DNA of 64,000 nt from Promethearchaeota archaeon (GTDB taxonomy: Archaea; Asgardarchaeota; Lokiarchaeia; Sigyniarchaeales; SOKP01): assembly GCA_048937405.1 (NCBI GenBank), contig JBHLNF010000002.1, positions 128,001 through 192,000 of the forward strand, written 5' to 3'. The translations under genes and the position numbers were made by a program. The stretch's first letter is position 1; each line of letters begins with the position of its first letter. Shown piece by piece: positions 59,727-64,000 of this stretch. The notes under the pieces were generated by a model, which was not told where the DNA came from, made no database searches, and was given only the letters and a program-made list of their open reading frames with translations.

Positions 59727-60494
59727 TTAAAATCCATCAAATTTTGCCCATTCATCTTCTTCTTCTATTTCTTCATCATCATCAATGTATTCTTCAATCT
59801 CATCACTTTTGTAACTCTCAGAAATTTCTTCTTCAAATTCCTCAAGTTCATCCTCAAAACTTATGGCTTTTTCTATATCAGTTGTTGTATCAACTGCAGC
59901 CTTAACCTTTGGAATTGGCTCCATCTCTTCAATGGGCTTTTTCTTTTCAACTAGCTTTAGATAATCCCCATGAATTTTTATTGTAATGGGAGTTTCTTCT
60001 TGTAAAAGCCTCACAACAACCTCTTCACTCGAGCTAGTATCATGAGGCATACGCATTACGATTGCTCGGGAACCTTCAAATACACCACTAATTATCTCTA
60101 CAGTATCACCTTCTTCTAAATATTCTGTTACACTTCTTGGTAGGAGTACATGTTTTAATTCTATAAGCTTAATATTTTGTACGATTCTTCCCTTAATATG
60201 AGGAATCCCTTGCACAGCTATTTGTACATCCCTCTTCTGTGGAGCTTCAAAAAATATATATCCTGGAAGCAAAGGAGATACAAGCATTGCTCTTATATCA
60301 GGAATTATATCTAAGATCTTAAATCTATAGAAAATCTGTTTCAAAATATTACTTTCTTGATTTATAGTTGTCCTAACTGCGAATAAGGTAGTTAGATCTT
60401 CTTTATCTTCAAATTCAGTCATGCTTAAAATTTGCTCTGATTTTAAATCTTCATCTTCAATTTTCTTTGTTTCTTCTTCTTCTTGCTCTACCAA
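59727..60494 (-). CDS. spt5: Transcription elongation factor Spt5 with acidic extensions
   Basis: FAVRTT.NQE, LPGYIFFEA NGN domain; GDTVEIISGVF KOW. Confidence 0.88.
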   Translation of the reverse strand: MVEQEEEETKKIEDEDLKSEQILSMTEFEDKEDLTTLFAVRTTINQESNILKQIFYRFKILDIIPDIRAMLVSPLLPGYIFFEAPQKRDVQIAVQGIPHIKGRIVQNIKLIELKHVLLPRSVTEYLEEGDTVEIISGVFEGSRAIVMRMPHDTSSSEEVVVRLLQEETPITIKIHGDYLKLVEKKKPIEEMEPIPKVKAAVDTTTDIEKAISFEDELEEFEEEISESYKSDEIEEYIDDDEEIEEEDEWAKFDGF

Positions 60495-60620
60495 TGTTTT
60501 TCACGATACCTATTTGAATTTGGGTTTTTTAAAATTTTTCTTAGGAAAATAAGTATATATTATTAATAGTATTCAAAATTAAAAAATTTTTCTATTTATT
60601 TGAATCCTAAATTATAATAA

Positions 60621-61004
60621 TTAGAGAGGGATATTATTAATATTTAAAATATCGGGGATTTTTTTGTTTCTTTCAAGCCAGGAAATCTCATGTTTCATAT
60701 ATCTCCAGGTAATTTCACATTTCCCCATCTTATCTGAAGATTCTGTCTCCCAATCCCATGGATTCACTATAACGAGATCCGCAATCCTTATCCACACTCT
60801 CTTTTTGATTTTTCCTCGTATACGACCTATTCTATGTTGACCATCTTCACAGAACACTTCCATGCGATCATTCCCAAGAACACTCACAACACGCCCGAAC
60901 ATTTCACCTAACTTTTTATTAGGAAATTTAACACGGGTTATTACGGGTTCTTCTTGAGGACTACCTCGCTTTTTTCCTTTTGCTTTTCCCTTTTTTTTTG
61001 CCAT
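60621..61004 (-). CDS. eif1a: Translation initiation factor 1A
   Basis: VLGNDRM.V.C.DG..R.GRIRGK.KKRVWI, KCEITWRY. Confidence 0.93.
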   Translation of the reverse strand: MAKKKGKAKGKKRGSPQEEPVITRVKFPNKKLGEMFGRVVSVLGNDRMEVFCEDGQHRIGRIRGKIKKRVWIRIADLVIVNPWDWETESSDKMGKCEITWRYMKHEISWLERNKKIPDILNINNIPL

Positions 61005-61060
61005 CTATAATTACTCTTTTTTCTAAATTTTCTATACTATAGAAATAAATACTCGGTACT

Positions 61061-61396
61061 TTATATCTTATCATCTGGTAAATATTTTCCTTTTATAAAC
61101 ACAACTTTAATAGCTTTATCAGAATCATTTCGAATATTGTGCATTTCTTTTGGTTCACAAAGAAAAACACTTCCTTCTGGTGCACTATATTCATTATCAT
61201 CAATGATCATAATACCATCTCCTTCCATAAAATAAAAAGTTTCATCTAATATCTTATGTCCATGCGCTTTTTCTCCCATCAATTCCCCAGGCTTAAGCAA
61301 GATGACACCCCAGTCTATCGAAGGCCCTCTCATAAGATATTTAACACCAGATTCTCCTCCTCTATATTCAAAATCTGTTTCATGAACTTTTTTCAT
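61061..61396 (-). CDS. Cupin domain protein
   Basis: H.H...ETFY..EG.G...P.EMH. Confidence 0.88.
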   Translation of the reverse strand: MKKVHETDFEYRGGESGVKYLMRGPSIDWGVILLKPGELMGEKAHGHKILDETFYFMEGDGIMIIDDNEYSAPEGSVFLCEPKEMHNIRNDSDKAIKVVFIKGKYLPDDKI

Positions 61397-61531
61397 TGTA
61401 AATCACGAATGGTATAATTATATTATAAAACTTAGTATCTAGAGTAAATTATAAATCTTACCTATTATAAAGAGATTCATAGAATATTATAGAATTTTCA
61501 CGACTTTAAGTAAATTTTATGAGTAAGAAAT

Positions 61532-62719
61532 ATGATTCCTTCTTTTAGTTTAGCTAGAATCCCATATATAATTTTTGGTGTAGGGAAATTAGATGAATTA
61601 TATAAAATTATTCCTAGATATGGAAAGAATGTTTTATTTGTAATTGGTGGAAGATCTCTTAAACAATCAGGAGTATGGGAAGAAATTACTTCAAATTTAA
61701 GGATAATTTCAACTAATTATTCATTGATTTCTATTTCAAATGAACCATCTCCAAATCTTATAGATGAAAATGCTGAAAAATTTAAAGATAAACCACTTAA
61801 TCTCGTTGTGGGTATTGGTGGAGGTAGTGTCATTGATGCAGGAAAAGCAATTTCTGCTATGCTAACAAAAAATGATTCTATTGAAAATTATCTTGAAGGA
61901 GTGGGAACAAAAATTTATGATGGAAAGAAGGTTCCCTATATCGCAATTCCGACTACATCTGGGACGGGAAGTGAAGCGACTAAAAATGCAGTAATTAGTA
62001 GAGTTGGACCTAACGGTTATAAAAAATCACTTCGTCATGATAATCTAGTACCTGATATTGCCATAATTGATCCTCAACTAATGATTTCTTGTCCCTCATC
62101 AATTTCAGCTGCTTGTGGAATGGACTCATTCACACAATTACTTGAGGCTTATGTATCCCCTAAGGGAAACCCAATTACAGACACTTTAGCATATAATGGT
62201 ATGAAGTATGTGAGTGAAAATATTTTTTTAGCATGTACTAGTGGATCATCAGATGTAAATGTAAGAGCAGCAATGGCTTATGGATCATTAATATCTGGAA
62301 TTGTTCTTGCAAATGCGGGACTAGGAATTATTCATGGTTTAGCATCTTCGATTGGAGGAATGTTTGAAATACCTCATGGGGTTGTATGCGGAACCCTTCT
62401 CGCTGACGCTACTAAAATTAATATTAAAGTGCTTCAAAAACAAGAATCTGAAGGAAAAGAATCCTTAAAGAAACACGCTCAAATAGGAGCTTTATTAGAA
62501 GGTAAATATCAAATAGAAGAAGGAATGATCGATCAATATTGCTTAAGATTAATTGAAAAACTTGAAGAATGGATATCTAAATTAAAAATTAATCGTTTAG
62601 GAAAATATGGAATTAAAAATAAAGATGTTGAGAAAATTATAGAAAAAACTGGATTAAAAAATAATCCTGTTTATTTAAATAAGGAAGATATTAAAAGCAT
62701 TATTTTAAATAGGTTGTAA
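61532..62719 (+). CDS. Iron-containing alcohol dehydrogenase
   Basis: GIGGGS.ID.GK, PTTSGTGSE, HGLA, IPHG. Confidence 0.93.
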   Translation: MIPSFSLARIPYIIFGVGKLDELYKIIPRYGKNVLFVIGGRSLKQSGVWEEITSNLRIISTNYSLISISNEPSPNLIDENAEKFKDKPLNLVVGIGGGSVIDAGKAISAMLTKNDSIENYLEGVGTKIYDGKKVPYIAIPTTSGTGSEATKNAVISRVGPNGYKKSLRHDNLVPDIAIIDPQLMISCPSSISAACGMDSFTQLLEAYVSPKGNPITDTLAYNGMKYVSENIFLACTSGSSDVNVRAAMAYGSLISGIVLANAGLGIIHGLASSIGGMFEIPHGVVCGTLLADATKINIKVLQKQESEGKESLKKHAQIGALLEGKYQIEEGMIDQYCLRLIEKLEEWISKLKINRLGKYGIKNKDVEKIIEKTGLKNNPVYLNKEDIKSIILNRL

Positions 62720-62743
62720 AAATCAATGTTTAACAAAAATTTT

Positions 62744-63274
62744 TCATAAGTTTTTGACTAGTTCTCTCGCTAATAACTCAAAAGCTAAATCGACATTTTC
62801 CCCTGTTTTAGAAGAAATTTTTATGAATTCTAATAAATTATACTCATCTTTATAATATGAGATGTACTCTTCATTTATCATAATTTCTTCTGTTAAATCT
62901 AGTTTCGTACCTATAAACATAATTGGAATTTTAATGTCATTTGGTTGACAAATATTAATCCATTCATCTATTCGCTCCAAACTTGAAATTCTGGTAAGAT
63001 CAAAAAGCAATAATGCCCCTCTAGCCCCTACTGCATATGTCTTTAACAAGGGTCTGAAATGATCTTGACCTCCAAAATCCCATATTTGAAGGAGAATTTT
63101 TTTTCCTTCGATCTCAATCTCTTTGAGAAAAAACTCTACTCCAATTGTAAGACGTGTGTCAGCAAGAAAAACACCTTCAACGTATCTATGTAGAAGAGTA
63201 GTTTTTCCAACACCCCCTTCCCCACATGTGATAACTTTTAATAGGATTGGCTTAGAGTTAGTCCTGTTTATCAT
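62744..63274 (-). CDS. Rab-like small GTPase
   Basis: GEGGVGKT, TIGVEF, WDFGGQ, TKLD, SSK. Confidence 0.92.
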   Translation of the reverse strand: MINRTNSKPILLKVITCGEGGVGKTTLLHRYVEGVFLADTRLTIGVEFFLKEIEIEGKKILLQIWDFGGQDHFRPLLKTYAVGARGALLLFDLTRISSLERIDEWINICQPNDIKIPIMFIGTKLDLTEEIMINEEYISYYKDEYNLLEFIKISSKTGENVDLAFELLARELVKNL

Positions 63275-63341
63275 TTTTATTCTTTGAATAAATGATTATC
63301 TTCTAAAATGTAATCAACATTTTATATTTTTATTAATTTCT

Positions 63342-63785
63342 TTAAGTCCTCTCTATAGTTAAATATTTTTTTTGTCTAAGAAAAATCGTATTTATATGAC
63401 AGTTTAGTGCCTTTTTACGTAATTCTGAATCGTTTGTTGCTAAATAAACGTTATGTCCTTGTTTGCTAAAAACAATAGCTTTTTTTAGTAAAAAATCATC
63501 AGTAGTTTCATGAATATTTTTTGTATCTTCCATGGTTTTAATTTGAAAATCATTCCTTTTCTTTTCTAAATATGATAAACCTGCTTGAAGAAAGCTTCTA
63601 AATTTAGTAGCTTCTGGATCTCTTCTTTTTTTTGCCTTTAACTCATCTAATATTTGTTTAAATATAATAAATTTTAATTCTCCTTCAAGAATTCCTCTAA
63701 TTTCAAGAAAATAATCTATTTTAAACTGAAAAGGAAGTAAAATGAAATTGGAATCAATAATCACTATATTGGTTTTAGATTTCAA
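63342..63785 (-). CDS. PIN-domain protein (Fcf1/Utp24-like)
   Basis: IIDSNF, LDEL, TDD, ATND.ELR. Confidence 0.85.
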   Translation of the reverse strand: MKSKTNIVIIDSNFILLPFQFKIDYFLEIRGILEGELKFIIFKQILDELKAKKRRDPEATKFRSFLQAGLSYLEKKRNDFQIKTMEDTKNIHETTDDFLLKKAIVFSKQGHNVYLATNDSELRKKALNCHINTIFLRQKKYLTIERT

Positions 63786-64000
63786 TAGGATTGGCGCTCT
63801 AATATATGTCTTGTTAAGATTTCAAAAACTTTATTTACATTTTCTCCTGTTTTTGAAGATATTTTGATAAAATCAATTAATTTAAATTCTTTCAAAAATG
63901 ATGTTGCATAGTCATCATCTACTTGGATATCATCTGCCAAATCTAATTTGGTGCCTATAAAAAGTACAGGAAGGTTTGGATCACCCTTTCTAACAATGTT
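63782..64000 (-). CDS. Rab-like small GTPase, C-terminal part (truncated by window; not in ORF track)
   Basis: ...PVLFIGTKLDL...IKISSKTGENVNKVFEIL...SY*; TGA overlaps the TTG of the PIN gene. Confidence 0.85.
   Translation of the reverse strand, partial: NIVRKGDPNLPVLFIGTKLDLADDIQVDDDYATSFLKEFKLIDFIKISSKTGENVNKVFEILTRHILERQSY

Noticed and set aside
566-59954. Short antisense or nested ORFs in the track (e.g. 566..748, 1859..2101, 8543..8752, 35238..35495, 56398..56664)
   Set aside because: Shadows of longer, motif-supported genes with no independent coding signal

Overview
AT-rich archaeal chromosome segment, most likely Asgard (Lokiarchaeia-like). This is inferred from four Rab-like small GTPase genes, a longin-roadblock protein, a Loki-CTERM-like tail, CdhD, archaeal Spt5/eIF-1A and TrmB. 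The main accessory element is an apparently intact ~17 kb integrated head-tail (HK97-fold) provirus at ~4.36-21.19 kb. It carries a tyrosine integrase, a small RHH/Zn-ribbon early module, terminase, portal, protease/scaffold, an encapsulin-like capsid, neck/tail genes, a very short tape-measure candidate and a 1275-aa hub/beta-helix tail protein. It has no recognisable small terminase or replication gene. Its 750-bp non-coding control region instead contains (i) a multi-stem leader able to form a pseudoknot that ends 1 nt before the terminase start codon, (ii) a perfect 16-bp palindrome and (iii) a perfect 17-bp inverted repeat flanking a nearly pure A/T tract (origin-like). Outside the provirus, the most striking item is a Rab-like GTPase with motif order G3-G4-G5-G1-G2, which is not the permutation known from YlqF/YawG or cpRAS proteins. 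The rest is metabolic genes, regulators, two very large secreted proteins, two pseudogenes and three acyl-CoA dehydrogenase paralogues sharing a 74-bp tract (identical in two, near-identical in the third). No tRNA, rRNA or CRISPR array was seen. All product calls come from motif recognition by eye, not database searches.
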